IMG/VR virus record: IMGVR_UViG_3300043436_000696
DNA length: 64,000 nucleotides
Source: an uncultured virus (IMG/VR IMGVR_UViG_3300043436_000696)
Lineage: Duplodnaviria; Heunggongvirae; Uroviricota; Caudoviricetes
Strand: one strand, 5' to 3'
This document shows, piece after piece, positions 1 to 9,565 of the stretch; within the stretch, counting starts at the first letter, position 1; every line of letters begins with the position of its first letter. Both the position numbers and the translations under genes were made by a program. The notes beneath the pieces are model-generated. The model saw nothing but the letters and a program-made list of their open reading frames with translations, searched no databases and was not told the DNA's origin.

Positions 1-2
1 AA

Positions 3-3000
3 TTAGCTGCAGGACTAAAATATAGTATTGATCAAAGCTCTAGAGCTATTAGTAAAATATATGCCAATGCTCTTGATGATGTAATGCTTGAGCATTTAAA
101 ACCTTTAGCGGAAGAAATAGATAGATACTATTCAGATATTATCAAACAGCTTACTGATAAAAATCAAAAGCAATCAGAAATTGATAGAGTTCAAAAGAAG
201 TGGGATGCTCATAGACTAACTAAAGAAAGAGTTAATGACTTACTTACTGGTAATGCCAAAGATACTAATATCTTTTCTTCTTTTCTTGAATCATATGCTA
301 ATAGTCCTGATCCTATAATTGGAGGTTTTACTATGTTCTTGAAATCTGCATACAATGATGTGGATGCTGAAAGTCTTCGTTTAACTAATGAAATGGCTAT
401 TGAACTTGCTCCTTTATTAGACGCAGTTGGTTATAGTAATACAGACTTTTCTAAAACAATGAAAGAGCTAGTTTATGAAGAAAATAAACCTTATGTAGAT
501 CCAAAAGACGGTTTAATGAAAACTAGAAAAGTCTTTGCTTTTAAGTCTATGTTTAAAGATCATTTAGTACAACTAGGTAGTCTAAAACATGACTATAATG
601 TAGCAATAGCATCTGGAGATCAAATTTTAGCTGATCAAAAACTTAAAGAAATTAGAGAACATAAGAAAGATTACTTTCATCAAGAGTATGTTAATGAATA
701 TTATGATCGTGAACAGATATATAACTCGGAAGTAGGTAAAGAAGCTTATAGAAAAAAGTACGAGCTTTTAAATGAAATTAAAAATCTTACAGATCAAGAG
801 TACGATCCTGATCATATTGATGAGATCTTAACCCAGAAAAAAATCTTATGGAGAAGATACTCTCAATTAGCTTCTTTAACAGATGAGAATGGTAATCCTA
901 AAGTCGGCATTGATCTTGAGATAGCTCAGATAGAGCGTCAATATAGAAAAGAATCAAGAAAGTTTTTTGAATGGTTACCTACTAATAAGTTTGAGTCTAC
1001 ATTAAGAAGAATGGAACAGAATTTAGTAGATGAGGGAATATCACCAGACAGTCCAGAATTTAAACAAGCTAGAGATAAATGGATTAAAGAGAATACAGTT
1101 ATTGCTTATACTCCTCAATTTTTTGAAGAGAGAAATCAGATTATTTCTGATCTTAAAGACTTTATGGCTAAGTTGCCTAAAGCTACTCAAGACTTAGTAG
1201 ACTCATCTGGAGAGATGGAGAACATGTTAGATCTGTCTGTAGGATTTAGAGATCAAGATGGACAAATTATTGGAGGTGACTTTAGTCAAACTTCTAAAGA
1301 TAAAATTAAAGCTTATCAGAAATCTATACAAGATAAAAGAAAGAGCTTATATAATGGGCTTACAGATGATGAACAATCAGAACTTGATTCTCTATTTACT
1401 AGAAAAGATTTTGCAATAGGCAAAAGACTATCTCCAGAAGATGACGCTAGACTTAGTGAGTTAATTGATAAGGGTATTAGTCTTAGAATTAATGTTCTTC
1501 AAAAAGCGGAATTAGCTACTTTATACCAAAGACTTTCTGAGATTCAATCTAAAGAAGCTACTGATTACTATGCAGACATAGTTAATAACTATCTAGATCA
1601 GATGGGTGAAAAGCCTTTTGATGAGAACAATGAAAACAGTATAGATAGTCTATTAGATCCTAGTAACTATGTTAGATTGTTTAGTAAAAGCCCTGCGTTT
1701 GAAAAGTGGTTTAAAGATAACCATATTACTAAAGAAGTCTATGATAGAGATTCTGGTGAAGTTATAACTAAGTATGAGCGTTTATTTATATGGAACCGTA
1801 ACCGTCCTAATAATGAAGAACATTATGAGAAGATTACTCTTTCAGACGGTGAGCAGATTTTAGGTAAACCTAGCTTATCTTACTTTTTCCGTTCTGTTAA
1901 AAAAGAATATAGAACTAAAAAGGTAGTTGGAGAAACTGTAGATAACCGTGGCAACTTCTTACCTAAAACTATTGAGCAAGGTGCTAAAGATGATAAGTAC
2001 TATAACTATGAGTACACTAAATTGCAAAGAGAAAATCCTAATGCTTTTGCTTTAATGGAAAAACTAAAGGAAATTCATCTTAAAAATCAAGCTTTATTTC
2101 CTAGAGAAAGTCGTTTGTATTTAGAAATTCCTAGATATGGTAAAGAGAACTTAGAATATTTACAAGGTACTAGTGTAAGTAAGGAAACTAATAAATTTAA
2201 AGAATGGTTTACAGGATTAAAAGAATCTGTATTAGGTGCAGCAGATGACGCTGAACTAGCTGGGTTTAACTTTGATGCTAGTAAACTAATGTATACTGAT
2301 GTTTTTGGGGAAGATATTCATAAAGTTCCTATTACAGGTATGTATGCGTTAGAAACAAGTCAAGTTAGTTTAAACATAATTGATGGTATAAAAAGATATA
2401 CCAAGTCAGGATTAAAGCAAAGAAAACTTATTGAATTAAATCCATTTGCCCAAGCTCTGCAAAATGTTACGGCTGAAACTATTCCAAAAGGTGATAAAGG
2501 TTCAGCTAGAGCTGCTGCTACTATTGGTAAGTTTTTTAGAGGTAAACAAAAAACAACTAGAGGAAAATCTATACGTAATATTATTCAAAGAGAGTTTCAA
2601 GGAGTTCATACTAATAGCTGGATTGGTCGTTCTTCACTTCCTTATGTAGGTAAGGTAAGTAACCTAGCTCCTTTTATACAAAAATCATTAAACAGAGCTG
2701 GAGCTATAGGTAGTTTTGGTATATTTGCAGCTAATGTTCTTCCTTCTGCTGTTAAAAACAGATTTGGAGCATTAGTACAAAACCTTATAGAATCTTCAGG
2801 CGGTAGATTTTTAACTTTAAGAAGTTATCATCAAGGTAAATTTAGAGCTTTAAAAATGATAATGGCTCATACCACGTCTTTATATGAAACTGGTCCTAAA
2901 TCTTTAGATGGTCAATTAATGTTATTATTTGATCCTGGTCAAGGTATTTTTGAGAATTTTGTAAAACAACAGTTTGGTAGAAGTTTAGCTGGTGATGCTG

Positions 3001-4055
3001 CAGGACTTAGTTTCTTTACATCTCCAAGACAATTTTTAGATTTAGAAGTACAAACTGAATTACTTTCAGGAATGTTACATCATCAAAGAGTTACTCAAAC
3101 TATAAATGGTGTTCCTACTGAACTTAAATACATAGATGCTTGGGAAATACGTAATGGACAAATAGAACTTAAAGAAGGTATAGATAAGGAATGGGCTCAG
3201 GGAGGTAAGAAATTTAATGAATTTAAGAATAGATCTCATGAGTTAAATAATAGACTAGTTGGTACTTATGCTAAAATAGATCAACCAGAAGTAATGAGAT
3301 ATGCTTTGGGTAGAGCTGTTTTCTTTTTAAAGAGATTCTTTTTTTCTATGTTCATGAATAGATTTGCTACTACAAGAACTAGTAATGCTTTAGGTACAGT
3401 TAGTACAGGTTATTATACTAGTACTCTTTTTGCTGCTGCTAAATTACTTAGGACTAGAAGTATTGGAGCTATAACTAGTGAAGAAAAAACTAATGCTAAA
3501 AAGTTTGTAGCAGATGCTGCTTTACAAATGTTTATGTCATTCTTACTAGTTAATCTATTTAAGTGGTATGGAGCAGAAGATCCTGATAAGTATGATAGAA
3601 TGAAAGAACGTAGTGGAGCTCTTAATGAAGATGACTTTGACTTAACTGGATGGTTATTTAACCATACTCTAGTAGCTACTATGGCGACATTACTTGAAAC
3701 TGAAACTTTTGGAGTTCTTAATCCTGTAGAATATAATGCTAAAAAAGGTGAATGGAATTTTAGCTATGGTCGTAGAACAGTAAAACAATTAACTAATACA
3801 GGTAAGAGTATGGCTGATCCACTTGGCTTATGGAATACTTCTTACCAAAAAATGGTTGATGCTTATAGTAATTTTGCTTTATATTTAGAAGATAAACCTA
3901 ACGCCTATTGGAAAAAAGATACTGGTCCTTATTGGTTCCAGAAAGCAGATCAGCCTAAGTTCTGGAAAGATATCTTCTCTATCTTTGGCATCACTGGAAC
4001 TCAAGTGAGTCCAGTGGAAGCCGCAGAAAAGGAAGCATATAAACAAAGAAGGTAA
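3..4055 (+). CDS. Giant virion-associated protein, C-terminal part (5' truncated by window edge)
   Basis: Frame is open from base 3 to the stop at 4055 (>1350 aa), predicted helical with hydrophobic C-terminal segments. Size and position resemble the large ejected/cargo proteins of crAss-like phages. No RNAP catalytic motif seen in this part. Confidence 0.6.
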   Translation, partial: LAAGLKYSIDQSSRAISKIYANALDDVMLEHLKPLAEEIDRYYSDIIKQLTDKNQKQSEIDRVQKKWDAHRLTKERVNDLLTGNAKDTNIFSSFLESYANSPDPIIGGFTMFLKSAYNDVDAESLRLTNEMAIELAPLLDAVGYSNTDFSKTMKELVYEENKPYVDPKDGLMKTRKVFAFKSMFKDHLVQLGSLKHDYNVAIASGDQILADQKLKEIREHKKDYFHQEYVNEYYDREQIYNSEVGKEAYRKKYELLNEIKNLTDQEYDPDHIDEILTQKKILWRRYSQLASLTDENGNPKVGIDLEIAQIERQYRKESRKFFEWLPTNKFESTLRRMEQNLVDEGISPDSPEFKQARDKWIKENTVIAYTPQFFEERNQIISDLKDFMAKLPKATQDLVDSSGEMENMLDLSVGFRDQDGQIIGGDFSQTSKDKIKAYQKSIQDKRKSLYNGLTDDEQSELDSLFTRKDFAIGKRLSPEDDARLSELIDKGISLRINVLQKAELATLYQRLSEIQSKEATDYYADIVNNYLDQMGEKPFDENNENSIDSLLDPSNYVRLFSKSPAFEKWFKDNHITKEVYDRDSGEVITKYERLFIWNRNRPNNEEHYEKITLSDGEQILGKPSLSYFFRSVKKEYRTKKVVGETVDNRGNFLPKTIEQGAKDDKYYNYEYTKLQRENPNAFALMEKLKEIHLKNQALFPRESRLYLEIPRYGKENLEYLQGTSVSKETNKFKEWFTGLKESVLGAADDAELAGFNFDASKLMYTDVFGEDIHKVPITGMYALETSQVSLNIIDGIKRYTKSGLKQRKLIELNPFAQALQNVTAETIPKGDKGSARAAATIGKFFRGKQKTTRGKSIRNIIQREFQGVHTNSWIGRSSLPYVGKVSNLAPFIQKSLNRAGAIGSFGIFAANVLPSAVKNRFGALVQNLIESSGGRFLTLRSYHQGKFRALKMIMAHTTSLYETGPKSLDGQLMLLFDPGQGIFENFVKQQFGRSLAGDAAGLSFFTSPRQFLDLEVQTELLSGMLHHQRVTQTINGVPTELKYIDAWEIRNGQIELKEGIDKEWAQGGKKFNEFKNRSHELNNRLVGTYAKIDQPEVMRYALGRAVFFLKRFFFSMFMNRFATTRTSNALGTVSTGYYTSTLFAAAKLLRTRSIGAITSEEKTNAKKFVADAALQMFMSFLLVNLFKWYGAEDPDKYDRMKERSGALNEDDFDLTGWLFNHTLVATMATLLETETFGVLNPVEYNAKKGEWNFSYGRRTVKQLTNTGKSMADPLGLWNTSYQKMVDAYSNFALYLEDKPNAYWKKDTGPYWFQKADQPKFWKDIFSIFGITGTQVSPVEAAEKEAYKQRR

Positions 4056-4057
4056 TA

Positions 4058-4228
4058 TTACTTCTTAGTTTTATGATACCACATTAAGTCTAAGGTTAGG
4101 AATATAAATCCTAACCTTAGTCGTGTAAAGGGTACCCATACTTCTTTTGTTCTTTCATACTCTCCTTGGTCCATCATTAGACCAAGCAGTGTCTCGTTCT
4201 TACTTAATAGTGATAAGGTTATTTGCAT
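4058..4228 (-). CDS. Small hypothetical protein (56 aa, MQITLSLLSK...HKTKK)
   Basis: Hand-translated ORF directly downstream of 4231..4671; below the ORF-track cutoff. Confidence 0.55.
   Translation of the reverse strand: MQITLSLLSKNETLLGLMMDQGEYERTKEVWVPFTRLRLGFIFLTLDLMWYHKTKK
4090..4120. terminator. Perfect 12-bp inverted repeat at the convergence of two transcription units (probable bidirectional terminator)
   Basis: CTAAGGTTAGGA-atataaa-TCCTAACCTTAG, 35 nt after the giant-protein stop. Confidence 0.55.
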
Positions 4229-4230
4229 GT

Positions 4231-4671
4231 TTATTTATTTTCTGTAGTAAATGGCACCTTGCCTATATAACAATCCTCATCCCAGCCCATATGGCGTTTA
4301 AATCCATTTAATAGACTATGTAAATTTGCTGCCCCCACAGGGTTATGTGAGTGCACTGCACAACGTCCTAGCTTTATATTACCTGCTTGGCAATATTCTA
4401 CTAGCCAATTGGCACAGTCTATACCTGTCTTTTCTTTATAATCCATATACTTAGGATGCTGATATCCTTGCTGAGCTAATTGCGTATAGTAATCATTTAT
4501 ATGCTCATCAGCTAAGTCATGATCAAAGCTTATAAAGTCTGGTATTCCATTCTTAATAATCCATTCTACAAACTCATCATAGTTTCTTACTATATACCAT
4601 GGTTCATAACCTGGAAGGTTTTCTGTAGGTGTTCTAATATCATCTAGATATAATGCTCTTTTCATAACCAA
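4231..4671 (-). CDS. Cyclic-phosphate-processing receiver-like (cREC) domain protein
   Basis: Motifs LYLDDIR, ISFDHDL, KTGIDC, VHSHNPVG. Confidence 0.75.
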   Translation of the reverse strand: MVMKRALYLDDIRTPTENLPGYEPWYIVRNYDEFVEWIIKNGIPDFISFDHDLADEHINDYYTQLAQQGYQHPKYMDYKEKTGIDCANWLVEYCQAGNIKLGRCAVHSHNPVGAANLHSLLNGFKRHMGWDEDCYIGKVPFTTENK

Positions 4672-4844
4672 TCTATATTAAGTGCTGATTCTTTAGATTT
4701 TCTTATTATCAATCTGATACCTTTACATTTAAATCTTCTAACAGCTCGTTTAATAATTCTTTTTACATAAAGATCTTCTATATGAGTAGAATTTATTCTA
4801 TTAACCATAGAATAAATTCTATTGACCATCTGTTCTTTTTTCAT
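4662..4844 (-). CDS. Small basic hypothetical protein
   Basis: 60-aa ORF overlapping both neighbours in the operon. Confidence 0.5.
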   Translation of the reverse strand: MKKEQMVNRIYSMVNRINSTHIEDLYVKRIIKRAVRRFKCKGIRLIIRKSKESALNIDWL

Positions 4845-5007
4845 TCTTTTTTTCTAATTGTGTATTTCCTCTTTTATGAGGTTTAGTGTAAGGACAATGT
4901 CTACAGCCATTGCCACAACAGCTTCCCCTTTTTATATGGAAAGCTGCAGTGAATATGACTCTATCATTCTCTAAATAATAATCTCTATTGTGTTCTATAG
5001 GTTTCAT
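4819..5007 (-). CDS. DUF5522-like Cys-rich protein
   Basis: RGSCCGNGCRHCPY motif. Confidence 0.75.
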   Translation of the reverse strand: MKPIEHNRDYYLENDRVIFTAAFHIKRGSCCGNGCRHCPYTKPHKRGNTQLEKKNEKRTDGQ

Positions 5008-5012
5008 TATTT

Positions 5013-5273
5013 CTATAGGTATTTCTTTATTGAATCTTCATAGACAATACGTGGACGTTCTCCAACCATTCTGTCTACCTCAATCCCATTCTTTAGGAAT
5101 ATTACAGTGGGTACTGATGATACTTGTAACTGTGGACCATCTGCATCTACACTTAAATTTTCCCAATCTACCATATTTTTATATACGCTTTCTAGATTAG
5201 TTAAATCTGATTTTACTTTTTGACAAGTATGACACCAGTCTTCTAGAAAGACTTTTACATTTACATTATTCAT
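5013..5273 (-). CDS. Thioredoxin
   Basis: WCHTC active site, cis-Pro loop SVPT, C-terminal KNG.EVDRMVG. Confidence 0.85.
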   Translation of the reverse strand: MNNVNVKVFLEDWCHTCQKVKSDLTNLESVYKNMVDWENLSVDADGPQLQVSSVPTVIFLKNGIEVDRMVGERPRIVYEDSIKKYL

Positions 5274-5394
5274 ATGCTGCTTTTATTAAATTAATTACTG
5301 CATTCCATAATAAATAAGATACCAATAGTATTGTTGTCCATACTACAAGGAATGTCCAATTATATTTCTTTATTTTGTTAAACCATTGTTTCAT
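5266..5394 (-). CDS. Small single-TM membrane protein (42 aa)
   Basis: Hand-translated MKQWFNKIKKYNWTFLVVWTTILLVSYLLWNAV... Confidence 0.5.
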   Translation of the reverse strand: MKQWFNKIKKYNWTFLVVWTTILLVSYLLWNAVINLIKAAYE

Positions 5395-5395
5395 A

Positions 5396-5665
5396 TTATT
5401 CTGTTTGAGTATTCATAAATTCTTCAAACTCTTTAGCAGCTTTAGGATCTACTTCCTTTAAATGCTCTAAAGATAATTCATATCTACCATTTTGTACTTG
5501 GGTTTCAAAGTTGATTAGGTATAAGCTATCTTTTATAATACTTACACTATCTAATTGATGTTCCAACATTGGTATTTGCTTTACTTGATTCTTTAAATCA
5601 AACAGCGTATAGAACAGCATTGCTACTGTTCCTATACTTAATATTGCTGTTATGTATTTTTTCAT
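5396..5665 (-). CDS. Hypothetical protein with N-terminal membrane anchor
   Basis: Hydrophobic N-terminus followed by a coiled region. Confidence 0.6.
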   Translation of the reverse strand: MKKYITAILSIGTVAMLFYTLFDLKNQVKQIPMLEHQLDSVSIIKDSLYLINFETQVQNGRYELSLEHLKEVDPKAAKEFEEFMNTQTE

Positions 5666-5940
5666 TTCTTCATTGGTTTGATTGTTAAATACTTTTCAGT
5701 AAGTTCTATTAACTCTTTATCACCTTCTTTCATTACACCTATTCTACATGCTACTTCTTTCTTTAACATAGGAGAGTACATTCTACGCTTAGATTCACAC
5801 TTGTGTTGAACTGTTGAATGTCCTACTCCAAGTCTATTAGATGCTTTAGAATAAGTTTTAAAAACGGCTATTAACTCTTTTTTCTCTGGATCATACACTC
5901 TAATGCATGTATCCTCATATAAAACTTCTGCTTTGTACAT
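5662..5940 (-). CDS. Hypothetical protein, NUMOD1-like DNA-binding motif possible
   Basis: VYD...LIAVFKTYSKASNRLGV..STV resembles the NUMOD1 HTH. Confidence 0.5.
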   Translation of the reverse strand: MYKAEVLYEDTCIRVYDPEKKELIAVFKTYSKASNRLGVGHSTVQHKCESKRRMYSPMLKKEVACRIGVMKEGDKELIELTEKYLTIKPMKK

Positions 5941-5952
5941 AATCTATAATTA

Positions 5953-6645
5953 CTAAATTTTAAATTTATTACCAAATGATACTAAGCCTAAATCAAAACG
6001 CCCATCATATACACAAGCTGCATTAGAAAATGCTGTACTTGTATGTGCAAAACGAGATATACCTTGGTTAGTTGGTATGTCATCCATATTATGAATATGT
6101 CCAAAACATACTAACTTAAGAGTATCTTTTAACTGCATGCATCTTTTATAAAGAGCCATGTCTCCACAGAATTCTAATTGACCATGTCTATCAAATGATA
6201 AGTCTCTGATTCCTTTAGGGGGACCATGAACTATTAATACATCAGTATCTTCTGGTACAGCTTGCCACACATTATGCATCTTATCACGAGCTTTCATAAA
6301 TGCCCACTGACCAAATGTTGGTGTATAAGGAGAACCATAGAACTTAATTCCATCTATATTTGTAAATCCATCTTCTAAATAGATAAGACCACGTTTTTCA
6401 AAGTCTTCTCTAGTTATTCTTTTTCTTTCTATACAGGTATCATGGTTACCCGCTACATATATTTTATACTTTACGGGTACTTTCTCATACCAATTTAAGA
6501 AGTTAGTTACTTCTTGCTCATTTCTAAATACATCATAGTAGTTAGAACAGTCTCCACTATGGACTACTACATCAATACCTTCCCAGGTAGAATCTGGAAA
6601 GGCATTATGGAATCCATGAGTATCACTAATGTGTAGTATTTTCAT
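5953..6645 (-). CDS. Calcineurin-like metallophosphoesterase
   Basis: ISDTHG, HSGD, AGNHD, VHGPP, FGHIH. Start adjusted to MKILHISD. Confidence 0.9.
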   Translation of the reverse strand: MKILHISDTHGFHNAFPDSTWEGIDVVVHSGDCSNYYDVFRNEQEVTNFLNWYEKVPVKYKIYVAGNHDTCIERKRITREDFEKRGLIYLEDGFTNIDGIKFYGSPYTPTFGQWAFMKARDKMHNVWQAVPEDTDVLIVHGPPKGIRDLSFDRHGQLEFCGDMALYKRCMQLKDTLKLVCFGHIHNMDDIPTNQGISRFAHTSTAFSNAACVYDGRFDLGLVSFGNKFKI

Positions 6646-6646
6646 T

Positions 6647-7501
6647 TTAAAATATATATCTAATATTACTTGGGTTAAAAAATTCTGAGTATAAAGATAC
6701 AAAATCTTTTACCATTTCTCTTTTTAGAGTGTGTTTATATCTAATATTATCAGGAGCATACTGGGAGTCTTTAGACTCTTGAATATCTGGTCTCCATAGT
6801 ATAGATTGTACTTCTTCAGAACTACGCTGATGTTGATTTATATTATGTGTAAGGAATATGCATTCACACTTAACATCTGCACCTGCATCTTTAAGTTGTT
6901 GGAATAACTTACGGTATTCACCTAACCAACCATCTGCATATATAATAGGACTAAAGTTAATATGTACTTCCATGTATTGCTGTAATCTAGGAATTTCAGC
7001 TATACGACGAGCTATACTGTCTGTACCGGGTTCTAATACATTAGAGTAGATCTGAGGCATAAGACTTACCCTGATACGGTGTTTATCAGGATGAAATACA
7101 AATTTCTCATTAGGACGGAACATACTAGGATATTTAGTAGCAAATGTAGACTTAGCCATTGCATGACAGTCAAACCAGTCAAATACCTTTTGCCAATTAT
7201 AATATTTAGTCATCAAAGCTACATCAGTACTGCAGCCTATATCTATAGTGTAATACTTTTCATCACACTGATTAGGAACTTTAGGCCATGGTTTATCTAC
7301 TAGCCAATCATAAACAGAATGTAGAATATCATCTGTATTCTTATTAACATACACCTTATCATGATTATATCTACCTACATAGCAGTAGGACTTCATACAA
7401 CCACCTAGGCATCCATAGATGAAGTTCGGACTAACAGCGTCCGAACTTCTCCCATTATCTCTTGTCTTTAGTGTCTTCGTAGACTGCTCTATTATTTGCA
7501 T
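6647..7501 (-). CDS. Spore photoproduct lyase-like radical SAM protein
   Basis: GCLGGCMKSYCY cluster motif, DIGCSTD, FATK, RIRVSL, EPGT..I.RRI, HINFSPII, C-terminal IRYIF. Confidence 0.8.
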   Translation of the reverse strand: MQIIEQSTKTLKTRDNGRSSDAVSPNFIYGCLGGCMKSYCYVGRYNHDKVYVNKNTDDILHSVYDWLVDKPWPKVPNQCDEKYYTIDIGCSTDVALMTKYYNWQKVFDWFDCHAMAKSTFATKYPSMFRPNEKFVFHPDKHRIRVSLMPQIYSNVLEPGTDSIARRIAEIPRLQQYMEVHINFSPIIYADGWLGEYRKLFQQLKDAGADVKCECIFLTHNINQHQRSSEEVQSILWRPDIQESKDSQYAPDNIRYKHTLKREMVKDFVSLYSEFFNPSNIRYIF

Positions 7502-7545
7502 AGACCACTTTATTATCTTTAATACTAACCTTTACATAAGGTATT

Positions 7546-7941
7546 TTAAATCTCTTCCTTTTCTTCGGAGATATATCCTGCGTCAAGAAATTCTTGTCTG
7601 AGTTCTTCATCATTGTCTATTATAAGTTTTACTATTTCAGCGTCATGATCATCCATAGGATAATCATATATACATTGTCTATTTTTAATAAGACTTTCTA
7701 AAGTGACTTCACCCTTTATTACCATAAGAGCATGATCGTGACATGGTATAAAACCATGATTATCAAGTACTTGCTCTTGTGCTGGTGTTAGATTAAGATC
7801 TATTCTATTACAAAAAGCATCTATACAGCATTGAGGGTAGCCATAATACTTACCTTTTTCTTTCCAATGATCAATGTCTTCCTGAGTAACTTCAAGAAAC
7901 TCATTATCATCTAGTTCATAGTTTACACATTGGTCACACAT
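7546..7941 (-). CDS. Hypothetical Cys-containing protein
   Basis: GKYYGYPQCCIDAF and GFIPC motifs. Confidence 0.6.
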   Translation of the reverse strand: MCDQCVNYELDDNEFLEVTQEDIDHWKEKGKYYGYPQCCIDAFCNRIDLNLTPAQEQVLDNHGFIPCHDHALMVIKGEVTLESLIKNRQCIYDYPMDDHDAEIVKLIIDNDEELRQEFLDAGYISEEKEEI

Positions 7942-8579
7942 TACAGTATATTTTCTTTTAATAATATTGTTTCTACTGTACCAGTAAGAGCTTTAAGATC
8001 AGACACATTAGCTATCTTATAGTCAAACTTCCAATCATCAAGTCCTATCTCTGAAGGATGATTATTAATAGGTTTAACACCTGGTCTATCTACACGGATT
8101 ACTAAACCTCCAGCATCTTTAATAGCTTGTGCTTCATTAGGAAATCTAGTATCTGTAATAATCCAGTTTGGATATTCAGGTTGCTCATCATCATTATAAT
8201 CTATCTTTTTATAATCAGCCATAAGAGCATTAACCCATGCATTAGTATGTAAACCATTTCTAATAGCATCAGTACCTAGTTTTTGTAAAAAGTCTCTCAC
8301 TGACATATTCCATTCAGATCCAAGCATAGTTTTCTTAAAGTCTTGATCTTCAAACTTTTCTACAGGAATTCCTGTAAACAAGTTAGCCATAGTCTTAAGT
8401 TTACCTGCCCATTTCTTTACTTCCCATCCAGATGCTTCTTCTAACCACCATTGATGTGTAAGAGGAAAATCTAATACATCTTCTAAAGATACATTACTAG
8501 GGATAGTTTGCAAATATTGAATGATAGTACCGACAGTGTCTTTCCCACTGCCGGCATATCCGTTTATTCCTATGATCAT
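7941..8579 (-). CDS. Deoxynucleoside monophosphate kinase
   Basis: IIGINGYAGSGKDT P-loop, RDFLQKLGTD, ITDTRFPNE, HPSE. Confidence 0.9.
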   Translation of the reverse strand: MIIGINGYAGSGKDTVGTIIQYLQTIPSNVSLEDVLDFPLTHQWWLEEASGWEVKKWAGKLKTMANLFTGIPVEKFEDQDFKKTMLGSEWNMSVRDFLQKLGTDAIRNGLHTNAWVNALMADYKKIDYNDDEQPEYPNWIITDTRFPNEAQAIKDAGGLVIRVDRPGVKPINNHPSEIGLDDWKFDYKIANVSDLKALTGTVETILLKENIL

Positions 8580-8581
8580 AC

Positions 8582-8896
8582 TTATTCATTTGGGTTTATA
8601 CCTTGTTCAAGGCAGTTAACAATTCTATCGTGTCCAGCTTTAGCTTCTTCCCATGTACAATATCTCCACATCTCTTCATCATACTCTCCACCAAATATCA
8701 TGGTTTCAAATAAAACTGGTTTACCATCTGGGTCCCAGTTATGATCTAAATGTAAAAACACTGTAGATATTCTTTGGTCATTTACAACAGTATCTCCTAT
8801 ATGTTTAATAGGACTACGTAAATCTCCATTTAAAGGATACTCTCCTTCTGGTAGCATTTCTGTAGTATGGTCTTCATTTAACTTATACCATCTCAT
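8582..8896 (-). CDS. Conserved phage hypothetical protein
   Basis: ISTVFL.LDH...PVLFETMIFGG...RY.TWEEAKAGH motif. Confidence 0.65.
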   Translation of the reverse strand: MRWYKLNEDHTTEMLPEGEYPLNGDLRSPIKHIGDTVVNDQRISTVFLHLDHNWDPDGKPVLFETMIFGGEYDEEMWRYCTWEEAKAGHDRIVNCLEQGINPNE

Positions 8897-9239
8897 TGTT
8901 ATTGGTTTTAGTTTCAGGAAATGGCAGAGAGTCTTTTAGCCACTCTGCTGCTTCTTCTTTGTTCTTTACCAGAGTCTTGGTTGACTCTATTCTTTCTTTA
9001 AATATCTTTTCTCTTTTCTTTTGACCTAAGGGAGCATCATTGCTAGTCATATGATAACCATTACAGTGACAACAGTAGTAATATCTACATTGCTTTACTT
9101 TACCTGCTCTTCTATTTATTCTTTTACCTGTTGTATCATAATATCTTATACCTGACTTGAGACTGTTTATAGCTTCCTTAGCTTCTCCAGGTGTTGGAAA
9201 CCTAGACTTACCGGTTACTTTACATTTCTCCCTTACCAT
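8883..9239 (-). CDS. Hypothetical zinc-binding protein
   Basis: C..TGK..F and RYYYCCHCNGYHMTS. Confidence 0.6.
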   Translation of the reverse strand: MVREKCKVTGKSRFPTPGEAKEAINSLKSGIRYYDTTGKRINRRAGKVKQCRYYYCCHCNGYHMTSNDAPLGQKKREKIFKERIESTKTLVKNKEEAAEWLKDSLPFPETKTNNNEMV

Positions 9240-9558
9240 ATTTATTACTAAGATGATTGTCTATTAATTCTACAATCTCTTCCATGTCTTCACTATTAAG
9301 ATCATATAGTTGTTCTGTTAGTAGCATTACATAAACTAGATGGTCTTTATCTAGTTCCTTCTTTACTTCCATTGCACCACTTGAACTTGGTAGTAAATCA
9401 CATAGATGATTTATAGCTAGCTTTACTTTCTGTACAGCATTACCTAAAGCGTATTTCTGTTTTTGGCTACTTACAGCTTTTGTAAATTCCAATCTAACTT
9501 CAATACACTTTAGATGTTGCAATACAGCTTTAAACACAGAGCCTATACTCTCTTCCAT
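9220..9558 (-). CDS. Hypothetical protein
   Basis: 112-aa ORF in operon. Confidence 0.6.
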   Translation of the reverse strand: MEESIGSVFKAVLQHLKCIEVRLEFTKAVSSQKQKYALGNAVQKVKLAINHLCDLLPSSSGAMEVKKELDKDHLVYVMLLTEQLYDLNSEDMEEIVELIDNHLSNKYGKGEM

Positions 9559-9565
9559 AATTTTA

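Noticed and set aside
3..4055. Calling the giant protein the virion RNA polymerase
   Set aside because: No DxDxD catalytic motif is recognisable in the visible part, and the N-terminus lies outside the window.
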